From Nitrospirota bacterium (lineage in GTDB: Bacteria > Nitrospirota > UBA9217), in the NCBI GenBank assembly GCA_033854515.1, contig JAWOJY010000003.1:2254-66253 (forward strand): 64,000 nt of DNA, given 5' to 3'. Below the pieces are notes generated by a model, which did no database searches, was not told the DNA's origin, and saw only the letters and a list, made by a program, of their open reading frames with translations. Position 1 is the stretch's first letter. Each line of letters opens with the position of its first letter. A program made the position numbers and the translations under genes. Positions 37,711-46,751 of the stretch are shown here, in pieces.

Positions 37711-39300
37711 TCAATCGGAAAAAACAATAATAAACGTCGTTCCCCTGCCTTCTTCGCTTTCAACCAGTATTCCCGCATTGTGTTTTTGTATGATATTAAA
37801 CACGACGGCCAGTCCCAGACCGTTGCCTTTGTCCTTTGTGGTGAAAAAGGGCTCGAAAATCTTATCGAGAGAGTCTTTCGGGATTCCGCTGCCCGAATCG
37901 GACACCTTCACGGTCACTGATCCGTTCGACTTTCTGACGGATGTCCGGATGTCCCCTTCACCATGCATGGCTTCGACCGCGTTCGTAAACAGGTTGATGA
38001 AAACCTGCTCCAACTGCGCGGGATCGGCCTGTACGTAAACACGATGCGGATCGGCGTCGATAGAGAAACGGATGCCGTTCAGGACTTGAGGAGACACGGA
38101 GAGGCGTTTATAAGAGCTGCCGATCAACCCGATCAGTTCCACGTCCCGGAGCTGCGGCTTCTTGCCCCGCGCGAACTCAAGGAGATCTCCCACAATCTTT
38201 TTCACTCTGAGCGTTTCTCCTTCGATATCGTCCACGGCTTCTCTCGCTGCGGGCGGAAGGGCACCGCCGGCCTCTTTTGAAAGCACCTGAGCCGACAGAT
38301 AAATGTTATTGAGGGGGTTATTGAGTTCATGTGCCACCCCCGACGCAAGAGTGCCGATGGCGGCAAGCTTCTTACTCCGCATCAGCTCTTTGTTTTTCCG
38401 GTCGAGTTCTTCGTCTCTTCGTGCGAGTTGTCCCTGCAGGGTATTGAACTCGTCTATAAGCACCCCCACTTCATCGCGGACGTTGTCTTTTGACGGCGGA
38501 TCGTACAGATGCATGTACCATCCCGTGCCGGCCTTTTCCACTATCTTTATCAGGAGCATCAATCGTCGCACGACGTTGCCGCTGATAAAGAACAGCGTCC
38601 CTATGCCGACGATAAAGAACAGCGGGAAAAATATGATAATCGCCGTCTGCGAGACGCGGGTCACGGTCTTCGCATGTTCACGCGCTTCGATATCGAGGTC
38701 ATTGGCTATAACGACGATGTCCTCGCCGTTTTTTCTCAACGTGCCGACTTCCGCATCGAGTTTTCTGAGCCCCGTGACCAGATTGTGGTCCGGCGGCAGC
38801 ATGAACACCGTTTCGAGAATATCCGCCGCGTCCGACGGGCGATGCAAAAAATCCGATTCCATGAACAGGGAAAATTCGGCAGAGTTACGATATGAGGGTT
38901 TTATACGATCAAATGCAGTTGTCAGGCTCTCTCCAGACGCTTCTACTTCATCAAACCTCTGCTCGTACTTCTTCAACCGGTCCCGCAGGGCCAGTTCATC
39001 CTTCCAGTCGATGTGGGGGTTCGCTGCCAGGATATCCTGCATTTCCTTGGTACAGAGATGTACGGCCTTCGATTCTTCCGCGACCTGCTGGGGACTTTTG
39101 GCAAAGAAATAGTTGGTTTCATGCCGTCTCAGATCGAGGGCCTTCCTCATCACAAGGTCCGTTGTCTCCAGGTATCGTATCTCCCTCTTGATCTCCACAA
39201 AATTTATGTATTCGAATACCGTGAGGATGGCGATGATGGCGGCGCTGATGAGAAAACCGATGGTTATTTTCTTCTTAAGTGACACGGCTTTGGCAACCAC
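37711..39300 (-). CDS. Sensor histidine kinase (paralog 1 of a tandem pair)
   Basis: TM, sensor with RRHETNYFFA, TM, HAMP, H-box GVAHELNNPLNNI, HATPase boxes (NLFTNAVEA, DSGSGI, GNGLGLA); begins with GTG. Confidence 0.85.
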   Translation of the reverse strand: MVAKAVSLKKKITIGFLISAAIIAILTVFEYINFVEIKREIRYLETTDLVMRKALDLRRHETNYFFAKSPQQVAEESKAVHLCTKEMQDILAANPHIDWKDELALRDRLKKYEQRFDEVEASGESLTTAFDRIKPSYRNSAEFSLFMESDFLHRPSDAADILETVFMLPPDHNLVTGLRKLDAEVGTLRKNGEDIVVIANDLDIEAREHAKTVTRVSQTAIIIFFPLFFIVGIGTLFFISGNVVRRLMLLIKIVEKAGTGWYMHLYDPPSKDNVRDEVGVLIDEFNTLQGQLARRDEELDRKNKELMRSKKLAAIGTLASGVAHELNNPLNNIYLSAQVLSKEAGGALPPAAREAVDDIEGETLRVKKIVGDLLEFARGKKPQLRDVELIGLIGSSYKRLSVSPQVLNGIRFSIDADPHRVYVQADPAQLEQVFINLFTNAVEAMHGEGDIRTSVRKSNGSVTVKVSDSGSGIPKDSLDKIFEPFFTTKDKGNGLGLAVVFNIIQKHNAGILVESEEGRGTTFIIVFSD

Positions 39301-39448
39301 GGCATTACTTTACCATAATGGGTCCTCCTCATGCAACCCCAAAAGAAAAAGAACTTTTGAGCATGGTAAGAGCCGTGACCGTTGTAAAGAGGGCTTTTAT
39401 GGGCGGCCGGAGCCGGAAGAGATAAATGACCGCAAACCTCGGGTCGTT

Positions 39449-41086
39449 TCAGTTCTCCCCGGCGTCGTTAACGGACGTTCCGACGGCGCCGGAAACAACC
39501 CCTCCCGCCCCCGTCTGTTTCACCGGGAATATGATAATAAACGTTGTTCCCTTTTCCGGTTCGCTTTCAACCAGTATTTCAGCGTTATGCTTTTGCAGGA
39601 TATTGAACACGATTGCCAGCCCCAGCCCCGTGCCCCTGTCCTTCGTTGTAAAAAAAGGCTCGAAAATCTTGTCAAGGGAGTCCTTCGGGATGCCGCATCC
39701 TGAATCGGTTATTTTCATCGTTACTGATTCATCCGACTTTTTGATGGAGACCCGGAGACTGCCTTCATAGCGCATCGCTTCGACGGCATTCATAAAGAGA
39801 TTGATGAAAACCTGCTCCAACTGCGCGGGATCGGCCTGTACACACACGCGTTCGGGATAGGAGTCGACGGAAAAGCGTACCTTGTCCAGGGAGTGAGACA
39901 TTTTGAGATGCTTGAAGGAATGGTCGATCAGGCCTTGTAATTCCACGTCCTCCACCTGCGGTTTTCTGCCGCGCGCGAACTCGAGGAGGTCACCGACGAT
40001 CCTCTTCACCCGAAGCGTTTGGCCGACGATGTCGCCGAGGGCGTTTTTCACCGCAGGCTGAATATGTTCGTTCGCCTCTTTCAAAAGCACCTGGGCCGAC
40101 AGATAGATATTGTTGAGGGGGTTATTGAGTTCGTGCGCCACGCCCGACGCCAGCGTGCCGATTGCGGCCAGCTTCTTCGCTTGCATGAGTTCTCTGTTTT
40201 TCCGGTCGAGTTCTTCTTCTCTCCGGGCAAGCTGGTCCTCCATATCGTTAAATTTGTCGATCAGCAGTCCCACCTCGTCATGAGCGTTGCCTTCGGAAGA
40301 AGAAACGGAAATGTGCGGATAGTTTCCTTTGCCGGTCTTTTCGATTACCTTGATCAGGAGCATCAGTCTCTTGACGGCGCTGCCGCTGATGAAAAAAAGG
40401 GTCCCGATGCCGACGATGAAAAAAATGGGGAAGATCACAAGGATGGCCAGTTGGGAAATGCGGATAACCGTCTCCGTGTTTTCCCTTGCAACTTTGTCGA
40501 GTTCTTTGGAAATAATGAGGATATCTTCACCGTTTTTTCTGAGTGCGGCAATGTCGCCGTCGAGCCTCCTGAGCCCGAAGATTAGTGCGTGATTTGAGGG
40601 AAGCAGGAACCCCTTTTCGAGGACATCAGCCGCCTGAGACGGACGTTCGAGAAACGTCGACTCTATCATCGGGAAGAACTCGGCATGGCTCCGGTGCGCG
40701 GGTTTTATCCCTTCAAACGCCTTCGTCAGGCCGCGAACCGCGACTTCGATGGTGCTGAATCGTTGTTCATATTCGTTGATCCGGTCCCGCAAGGCGAGTT
40801 CATTCTTCCGGTCGATGTGCGGGTTTTTTGTCAGTATGTCCCTGAGCTGCCCCACGTAGTCATGTACCGCCTCTGATTCTTCCTTTGCCATCTGAGTACT
40901 GTAGAGGAAGTAATTCTTTTCGTGCCGCCGGAGTTGGAGGGACTTCCTCATAATCGTATCGGTCGTCTCAAGATACCGGGTTTCCTTTTTGATTTCTATG
41001 AAATTGACATATTCAAACGCCGTAAGCACGGCGATGATTGCGGCGCTTATCAAAAAACTGATTGCTATTTTTTTCTTGAGTGACAT
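39449..41086 (-). CDS. Sensor histidine kinase (paralog 2 of a tandem pair)
   Basis: Near-identical layout and many identical blocks relative to 37711..39300 (MSLKKKIAISFLISAAIIAVLTAFEYVNFIEIK..., GVAHELNNPLNNI, DSGCGI, GTGLGLA); start set at the ATG of MSLKKK. Confidence 0.85.
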   Translation of the reverse strand: MSLKKKIAISFLISAAIIAVLTAFEYVNFIEIKKETRYLETTDTIMRKSLQLRRHEKNYFLYSTQMAKEESEAVHDYVGQLRDILTKNPHIDRKNELALRDRINEYEQRFSTIEVAVRGLTKAFEGIKPAHRSHAEFFPMIESTFLERPSQAADVLEKGFLLPSNHALIFGLRRLDGDIAALRKNGEDILIISKELDKVARENTETVIRISQLAILVIFPIFFIVGIGTLFFISGSAVKRLMLLIKVIEKTGKGNYPHISVSSSEGNAHDEVGLLIDKFNDMEDQLARREEELDRKNRELMQAKKLAAIGTLASGVAHELNNPLNNIYLSAQVLLKEANEHIQPAVKNALGDIVGQTLRVKRIVGDLLEFARGRKPQVEDVELQGLIDHSFKHLKMSHSLDKVRFSVDSYPERVCVQADPAQLEQVFINLFMNAVEAMRYEGSLRVSIKKSDESVTMKITDSGCGIPKDSLDKIFEPFFTTKDRGTGLGLAIVFNILQKHNAEILVESEPEKGTTFIIIFPVKQTGAGGVVSGAVGTSVNDAGEN

Positions 41087-41213
41087 GGTTTTTTTGTTAC
41101 CGGTATGGTACTTTAACACAGAGACTTTCCCCGTGCAACACAAAAGAAAAAGGCCGAAGCAACGCATCGTCGGCGTCCCTGCTTCAGCCTGGCAAAATTC
41201 ACTGCGGCTGTTA

Positions 41214-42068
41214 TTACGACCTGACAATGAGCACGGGGCACCCGGCGTGTCCGATGACCTTTTCGGCCACGCTTCCCATGAGGAGCCTTCTCAAGCCGGT
41301 CCTTCCGTGGGACCCCATGACGATGATGTCCGCTTTTTTCCGCTGTGCGAGGTCGATGATCGCCTGGTACGCTTCTGCCTCGGCTATGAACGTCTCCGCC
41401 TTGATTCCTGCTTCTTCCGCCTGCTTCCGGATCCCCTCGACAAAGCTTTTCGCCTTTTTGACAAGGTCCTCCATGGCCTGCGGGGCCTCGGCGTAAAATT
41501 CTGACGGGACATCTACCACGCAGATGATAATGAGCCCGCCGTTGTATGATTCGGCGAGACTTATAGCCTTCGCGGCTGCAGTCATGCTGAATCGGGACCC
41601 ATCGGTCGCGATCAGGATTTTGTTCCATCCCACCGCTGTCCGAAGCGGCATGACGAGCACATCACGCTCGCTGTGGCCGATGACCCGCGCCGTGACGCTG
41701 CCGACCAGCGCCCGCTCGAAACCGGTCCGGCCTTTTCTGCCCATGATGATAAGATCGGCGTTTTCCGCAACGGCAAGGTCGACGATCCGCTCATGGGGAG
41801 GGCCTTCCTCACAGACGGTCTTGATAAGCGCGCCGTCCGCCTGGGCCATCTTCTGTGCTTCGGCAAGCGCGGCCTCGCAGGGCCTTCTCAGGGACTCCAG
41901 GATGTTTTTCGTGCCCACGAATTCCAGGTCACCCTCGAAGGGAGGAGCAACTGAAGTGACCGTTATCCAGCTCTTTTCATTGAGCGCGAGCTTGAAGGAT
42001 TCCCTCAATGCGTTCATGCTTGACTCCGAGCCGTCAACGGCCACCAGCAGTTTCCTATATCTTCCCAT
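41214..42068 (-). CDS. Universal stress protein with tandem Usp domains
   Basis: Two Usp repeats (KLLVAVDGSESS...LIIMGRKGRTGFERALVGSVTARVI and ILIATDGSRFS...IIVMGSHGRTGLRRLLMGSVAEKVI). Confidence 0.85.
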   Translation of the reverse strand: MGRYRKLLVAVDGSESSMNALRESFKLALNEKSWITVTSVAPPFEGDLEFVGTKNILESLRRPCEAALAEAQKMAQADGALIKTVCEEGPPHERIVDLAVAENADLIIMGRKGRTGFERALVGSVTARVIGHSERDVLVMPLRTAVGWNKILIATDGSRFSMTAAAKAISLAESYNGGLIIICVVDVPSEFYAEAPQAMEDLVKKAKSFVEGIRKQAEEAGIKAETFIAEAEAYQAIIDLAQRKKADIIVMGSHGRTGLRRLLMGSVAEKVIGHAGCPVLIVRS

Positions 42069-43146
42069 GCTCCAGCGCTCCCTCGGAGAGCCTGAGTTTT
42101 TCTTCCCTGCGCCCTTGCATCATGGCACGCAGCACGATGATGGCACCCAGCAGTAATGCGGCGATCATTATACCAAAGCTCGTGGTCTTGAGCAACCCGG
42201 CCGTGCCGTCGCCGAGCTTCTGGATGAGGCCGAGCTGGGACAGGTACACCGGGATCATGAGCCCGCGGCTGAAGAGCACGATGACCATGATCAGGCCCAT
42301 GACGACCTTGATCATGTACGGCTTGACGTAGGTGGTGCCGATGGCGCCGAGCTGAATGCCGAAGAGCGAGCCCGCGAGAATGATCAGGGCGAGCCGGATA
42401 TCGACGAGCCCGCTCATGGCGTACTTGAACGAGCCGCCGAGACCCATGACGAATGCGATCACAAGCTCAGTGGCCGAGGCCATGAGGCTGGGCGCGCCCA
42501 TGACGTAGATCATCGAAGGGACGCCGATGAAGCCGCCGACGGCGATCGTAGCCGCCAGCATGCCCGTCGCAAAACCGAGAGGAACGGTAAAGAGCACCGA
42601 AATGCGGGCGTTCAGGCTCTTGAAGTAGACCATCGTGCCCGGAATGTTGATTGACTGGACCCAGCGCGCCAGCTTGCCGGCCTTCTCTTCTTCGAGCACG
42701 TTGCCCGACTTGTAAGTCTTATAGGCGTCACGCAGCACAAAGCCGCCCACCAGCGCGAGGATCACGACAAAGGCCACGCTCACGTACAGGTTCGAACCTG
42801 CATCGCCGAAGGCTTTCTTGATGTTTTCCTGGATGTGGGCGCCGTAGAGCACCCCTGCTTCCGCCGAGATGCCGAGCACGATACCGAGTTTCACGTCGAC
42901 CTGGCCGTACTTGGCCCGTTTGATCGCCCCGACGAGCGCCTTGGGAAACTTGTGGCACATGTTGCTCGCGACCGCCACGAGCCCGGGGACCCCCAGGCTC
43001 ATCATGCCCGGCGTAAGCACGAAAGCCCCGCCCGATCCGATAAATCCGCTTACGAGACCCCCGACAAAGCCCACACCGAAAAGGTAGAGGACAGTGATGG
43101 TGTCGAGGTTGATGAAATTAGCCGCTGTTCCGATGACGTCGTGCAT
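42055..43146 (-). CDS. TauE/SafE (TSUP) family permease
   Basis: GxGGG-type signatures (GFIGSGGAFVLTPGMM and IAVGGFIGVPSMIYVMG); 8-10 TM helices. Confidence 0.8.
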   Translation of the reverse strand: MHDVIGTAANFINLDTITVLYLFGVGFVGGLVSGFIGSGGAFVLTPGMMSLGVPGLVAVASNMCHKFPKALVGAIKRAKYGQVDVKLGIVLGISAEAGVLYGAHIQENIKKAFGDAGSNLYVSVAFVVILALVGGFVLRDAYKTYKSGNVLEEEKAGKLARWVQSINIPGTMVYFKSLNARISVLFTVPLGFATGMLAATIAVGGFIGVPSMIYVMGAPSLMASATELVIAFVMGLGGSFKYAMSGLVDIRLALIILAGSLFGIQLGAIGTTYVKPYMIKVVMGLIMVIVLFSRGLMIPVYLSQLGLIQKLGDGTAGLLKTTSFGIMIAALLLGAIIVLRAMMQGRREEKLRLSEGALEHGKI

Positions 43147-43147
43147 G

Positions 43148-43402
43148 TTATTTTACCTCCTTCTTTTTTTTGGCCGCCTCGATACCCATGACCGTCCAGA
43201 AATGACCGGTGAATTGGCCATGTACAAACGAAAATACGAACGCCAGTGTTATGGGCAAAAAAGCATAGAGCCCGCCCCTGCCGAACGTGCCGTTCACCAT
43301 GTCCTGGTTGGACAGGAGCGCGGCGTACAGCGCCATGGAGACGACTCCCATGAACAGCATCTTGCCGACCGGTTTCTTTTTCGTGCTGCTGTGTGCCATC
43401 AC
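43148..43402 (-). CDS. Small 2-TM membrane protein encoded immediately upstream of the TSUP permease
   Basis: 84 aa; two hydrophobic helices; 1-nt gap to the permease gene. Confidence 0.5.
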   Translation of the reverse strand: MMAHSSTKKKPVGKMLFMGVVSMALYAALLSNQDMVNGTFGRGGLYAFLPITLAFVFSFVHGQFTGHFWTVMGIEAAKKKKEVK

Positions 43403-43456
43403 TGTGTTCCTCCTTGAATTATAGGGTTATGCTCCGAGATAAAGCCGTTTGCTCTC

Positions 43457-43948
43457 TCACGCGCGCATGCTGTCCGCAACCACCACGAGCGGGCACCTGA
43501 GGTCCTGCCACAGGTCGGAAAGCCTCCTGTCCCCGCTGTTGCAATCAACGTCGAGCCCTTCCGACGACTCGATGACGACGAAGAGTACGGAGCTCTTGGC
43601 ATTCGTGTAATCGATGATTTCCTGTTTCATGCAGCCGGTCCTGTGCGTCACCGCATACTCAATCCCCGCGGTCCTGAGTTCTGACAGGAAATCGCGGAGC
43701 AGCGGGTCCGAATCAGCGCCGGACGCGAGCTCCCGCGAAAGATACAGGATGTCAAGCCCCGCCCTGACCCGCATGCAGGTGTTCACGGCGTACTTCAACG
43801 TCCCGGCGTCCACCTGCCCGCGCCTCACGGCGAGCAGTACCCTTCGTTCCTGTTTCAGCAACTCTTCGGCCTGGCCGAACGCTCCTTCCTCGGCGAAGGA
43901 ACCCGCAGTCAGCGCCTTTTCAATTTTGTCGATCATTTTGTTGATCTT
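43457..43948 (-). CDS. Divergent Usp-like protein with an N-terminal SFAEEG motif
   Basis: Start at the ATG with GAGGT upstream. The N-terminus MVHKINKMIDKIEKALTAGSFAEEGAFGQAEELL carries the motif; a Usp-like C-terminal part follows (VLFVVIESSEGLD...LVVVAD). Confidence 0.5.
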   Translation of the reverse strand, partial: KINKMIDKIEKALTAGSFAEEGAFGQAEELLKQERRVLLAVRRGQVDAGTLKYAVNTCMRVRAGLDILYLSRELASGADSDPLLRDFLSELRTAGIEYAVTHRTGCMKQEIIDYTNAKSSVLFVVIESSEGLDVDCNSGDRRLSDLWQDLRCPLVVVADSMRA

Positions 43949-43998
43949 ATGTACCATTTTCCCTGCTACCTCGGGAGCGGCACAGGAAGCCTCCGCTC

Positions 43999-44175
43999 TT
44001 AGTCGGCCCTCAACACTTTCCTTTCCGACGGCCGCGTACGCTTGTGAGCGGACGGACGATCGGTCTTTCTCGACTGTATTTCTCTTATCAGCTGCCGCGC
44101 CGTCTCGAACTCGCCTTCTTCGGCGAATGCAACAGCAGCCATTTCCGTTTCGCGCCTTTTGATAAATTCTTTCAT
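43999..44175 (-). CDS. Small protein (58 aa) carrying the same AFAEEGEF motif
   Basis: Strong RBS AAGGGAAAGGAGGT 7 nt before the ATG; sequence MKEFIKRRETEMAAVAFAEEGEFETARQLIREIQ...; it is the first gene after the sigma-54-like promoter. Confidence 0.4.
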   Translation of the reverse strand: MKEFIKRRETEMAAVAFAEEGEFETARQLIREIQSRKTDRPSAHKRTRPSERKVLRAD

Positions 44176-44211
44176 GTTCGTGTACCTCCTTTCCCTTTTT
44201 ACTATTTCTGT

Positions 44212-44228
44212 TATCAAGTACCGTGCCA
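44212..44228 (-). promoter_or_regulatory. Sigma-54-like promoter candidate: TGGCAC-GGTAC-TTGATAA
   Basis: Perfect -24 element and correct spacing, but the -12 element reads TTGA rather than TTGC; about 25 nt upstream of the RBS of the small gene. Confidence 0.35.
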
Positions 44229-44568
44229 CAATGAAACAAACATATAAGTCATTGTATTCGCAGAATTAAAATTTTAAAATGAAGACCAACCTCAAGAAAA
44301 TATTGTTTCAAAAAGCAATAGTTCAATTTTAAATGCAACCATATTATTGAAAAAAAGAATAATTCTAATCGATACAAAAACGAACCTATATTGCAAAATG
44401 CAACAATTTTGTTTTTCTGCTCTTAAAACTAGACGCTTGCCGGAAAAAAGCGGCCCTGTTGTGGACGGCATTTTTTTGTGGTATAGTGAATTTTGTTGGA
44501 GAAAAAAGCTTTCTCTCGTCGAGTGCACATCACGGCTTCAATCGGGAAACTGCGAGGATGGGCGGACC

Positions 44569-46593
44569 GTGAAATTTTTCAAAAAATCGGACGACAGCCA
44601 GCAGGAAACAATCATCGAAGAGCTGCGCCAGAAGATCGCCGCGGCCGCTATGCCGCCGTCCGTCGAGAAGATTGCGGAGCAGGAACTTGAAATTCTGACA
44701 AAGATAAACTCTTCGTCTGCCGAATACACGATCGGGCTCACCTATATCGACTATCTCGTCTGCCTTCCGTGGAACAGAAAGACCGAGGACAATCTCGACA
44801 TCGCCCGCGCTGAAAGAATACTGAACGAGGACCATTACGGTCTGAGGAGGACCAAGGAGCGCGTTCTGGAGCACCTTGCGGTCAAAGTGCTGAATAGGGA
44901 CAGGAAGCCGCAGATTCTGGTCGTCGACGACGAAGAGATCGCGAGGAAAAACCTGGCCCATATCCTGACAAAGGAAACCTATGCCGTAACGACCGCTTCG
45001 AACGGCAAAGAAGCGCTCAGGGCGCTCGATGCCTTCGAGTTCGACGTCGTGGTCACCGATCTCAGAATGGGCTCCATCGACGGGATGGAACTTCTCGAAA
45101 AGATCACCGTGAAATATCCGGCCGCGAAAGTGATCATCGTAACCGGGTATGCCACGATCCCGTCGGCTATAGAGGCCACGAAAAAAGGGGCCTTCTCGTA
45201 TATCGCAAAACCGTTCCAGCTCGAAGAGGTCCGCGCAGCGGTCAAACAGGCGCTGGAAAAGAAAGCTCGCGTAAAGAGCACCAAGGGTTCCGTCCTCTGC
45301 TTTGTGGGCCCTCCGGGCACGGGGAAGACGTCGCTCGGCAGGTCTATTGCCGGAGCCCTGGGACGAAAATTCACAAGGATATCGCTGGGCGGTATGAAAG
45401 ACGAGGCCGAGATACGCGGCCACCGGCGGACTTACGTCGGCGCGAAACCCGGCAGGATCATCGAGGAAATCCGCAGAGTGGAATCCGCCAACCCGGTCAT
45501 CATGCTCGACGAGCTGGATAAGATCGGGCACGACTTCAAGGGAGACCCCGCCTCGGCGCTCCTCGAAGTGCTGGATCCGGAACAGAACCACAGTTTTGTC
45601 GACCACTATCTCGACGTGCCCTTCGACCTGTCGAGCGTCATGTTCATCCTCACGGCGAACATTATGGAACACATCCCCTCCCCGCTCAGGGACCGCATGG
45701 AACTCATCGAATTTTCCGGATATACCCATGAAGAGAAGGCCCGCATCGCCGAACTGTTCGTCATCCCGCGCCAGATACGGGAAAAGGGGCTGACTGAGCG
45801 CCCGCCCGTCTTCACGCGCGAGGCAGTGGACAGGATCATTCGCGAGTACACCCGCGAGGCTGGCATCCGGAACCTCGAAAGAAAGATTGCGTCGGTCTGC
45901 AGAAAAGTAGCCAAAGAACTGGTCGACACAAAAGGAAATCTAGGCGCCGTGACCATAACGCCGGATGCCGTAGAGCGCTACCTCGGCCGGAGAAAGTATT
46001 ACTTCGAAGTGGTCGAAGAAAAGGACCGAATCGGCGTCACGACCGGCCTGGTCTGGACCGAGGCGGGCGGGGACATCATTTTCGTCGAAGCAGCCATGAT
46101 GAGGGGAAAAAAAGAGCTCCTGTTGACAGGTTCGCTCGGGGACGTCATGAAGGAATCGGCGCAGGCCGCCCTGAGCTACGTGAGGAGCAACGCGGCTTCG
46201 CTCGGCATTCCTGAGGATTTTTTCGAGCGCTACGACATCCACATCCACGTGCCGTCAGGAGCGATCCAGAAGGACGGGCCCTCGGCCGGGCTCGCCATGG
46301 TCATCGCCCTTATATCCCTCCTTACAAAACGTCCGGCGAAACGGGACGCGGCCATGAGCGGTGAAATAACCCTCACCGGCAGGGTCCTCCCCGTGGGCGG
46401 GGTCAAGGAGAAAATCCTGGCCGCCCGGCGCGCCAACGTCAAGACCGTCATTCTTCCCGCCAAGAACCGGGTGGACGTTGAAGATTTAACCGACGAGGCT
46501 TCGAACGGCATCACCATCCGTCTGGTCGATACTGTAAACGAAGTGGCCGACCTGGTTGTCACGAGGGAAAAGGAATTACCGGGACAATCATAA
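44569..46593 (+). CDS. Lon-family ATP-dependent protease with a response-regulator receiver domain inserted before the AAA+ module and no canonical N-terminal LON substrate-binding domain
   Basis: A Lon pre-AAA helical segment ([21 protein letters not shown], which aligns with E. coli Lon DTDHYGLERVKDRILEYLAV) leads into a complete REC domain (ILVVDDEE...[15 protein letters not shown]...VIIVTGY...YIAKPF). Walker A (GPPGTGKTS), the Lon sensor region and the catalytic protease Ser (DGPSAG) and Lys (KEKILAA) follow. The low-GC 5' part of the long ORF looks non-coding, so the start was set at the in-frame GTG 44569 behind GAGGA; the ORF could start as early as 44347. Confidence 0.85.
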   Translation: MKFFKKSDDSQQETIIEELRQKIAAAAMPPSVEKIAEQELEILTKINSSSAEYTIGLTYIDYLVCLPWNRKTEDNLDIARAERILNEDHYGLRRTKERVLEHLAVKVLNRDRKPQILVVDDEEIARKNLAHILTKETYAVTTASNGKEALRALDAFEFDVVVTDLRMGSIDGMELLEKITVKYPAAKVIIVTGYATIPSAIEATKKGAFSYIAKPFQLEEVRAAVKQALEKKARVKSTKGSVLCFVGPPGTGKTSLGRSIAGALGRKFTRISLGGMKDEAEIRGHRRTYVGAKPGRIIEEIRRVESANPVIMLDELDKIGHDFKGDPASALLEVLDPEQNHSFVDHYLDVPFDLSSVMFILTANIMEHIPSPLRDRMELIEFSGYTHEEKARIAELFVIPRQIREKGLTERPPVFTREAVDRIIREYTREAGIRNLERKIASVCRKVAKELVDTKGNLGAVTITPDAVERYLGRRKYYFEVVEEKDRIGVTTGLVWTEAGGDIIFVEAAMMRGKKELLLTGSLGDVMKESAQAALSYVRSNAASLGIPEDFFERYDIHIHVPSGAIQKDGPSAGLAMVIALISLLTKRPAKRDAAMSGEITLTGRVLPVGGVKEKILAARRANVKTVILPAKNRVDVEDLTDEASNGITIRLVDTVNEVADLVVTREKELPGQS

Positions 46594-46751
46594 GTCAAAA
46601 GGCATGACGACTTACATTCCGTCATTCCGTCTGCATCCGCATATTGCAGGAGAGCAAGATGGGCTGACCCGCCTGCCCTGAACCATCCCTTCCTGATTTT
46701 TCCTTCCTGTTACGTTACGCAGATCGCGTCCTCTGTTGCTTTTTGCAATAG

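Noticed and set aside
38303-39112. 269-aa plus-strand ORF rich in Ser
   Set aside because: Antisense to the histidine kinase 37711..39300.
39301-39448. Possible sigma-54 promoter upstream of the tandem kinases (a TTGCA element)
   Set aside because: No GG dinucleotide at the required -24 spacing; the element fits a sigma-70 -35/-10 arrangement (TTGCAY-N17/18-TAAAGT) better.
44240-44568. Low-GC 5' extension of the REC-Lon ORF (about 74 codons, [17 protein letters not shown]...)
   Set aside because: Its composition is unlike the rest of the gene, and the stretch contains promoter-like elements (the extended -10 TGTGGTATAGT). An in-frame GTG with a GAGGA RBS at 44569 is the more plausible start.
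44530-45729. 399-aa minus-strand ORF
   Set aside because: Antisense to the REC-Lon gene, whose frame contains canonical Walker A and protease motifs.
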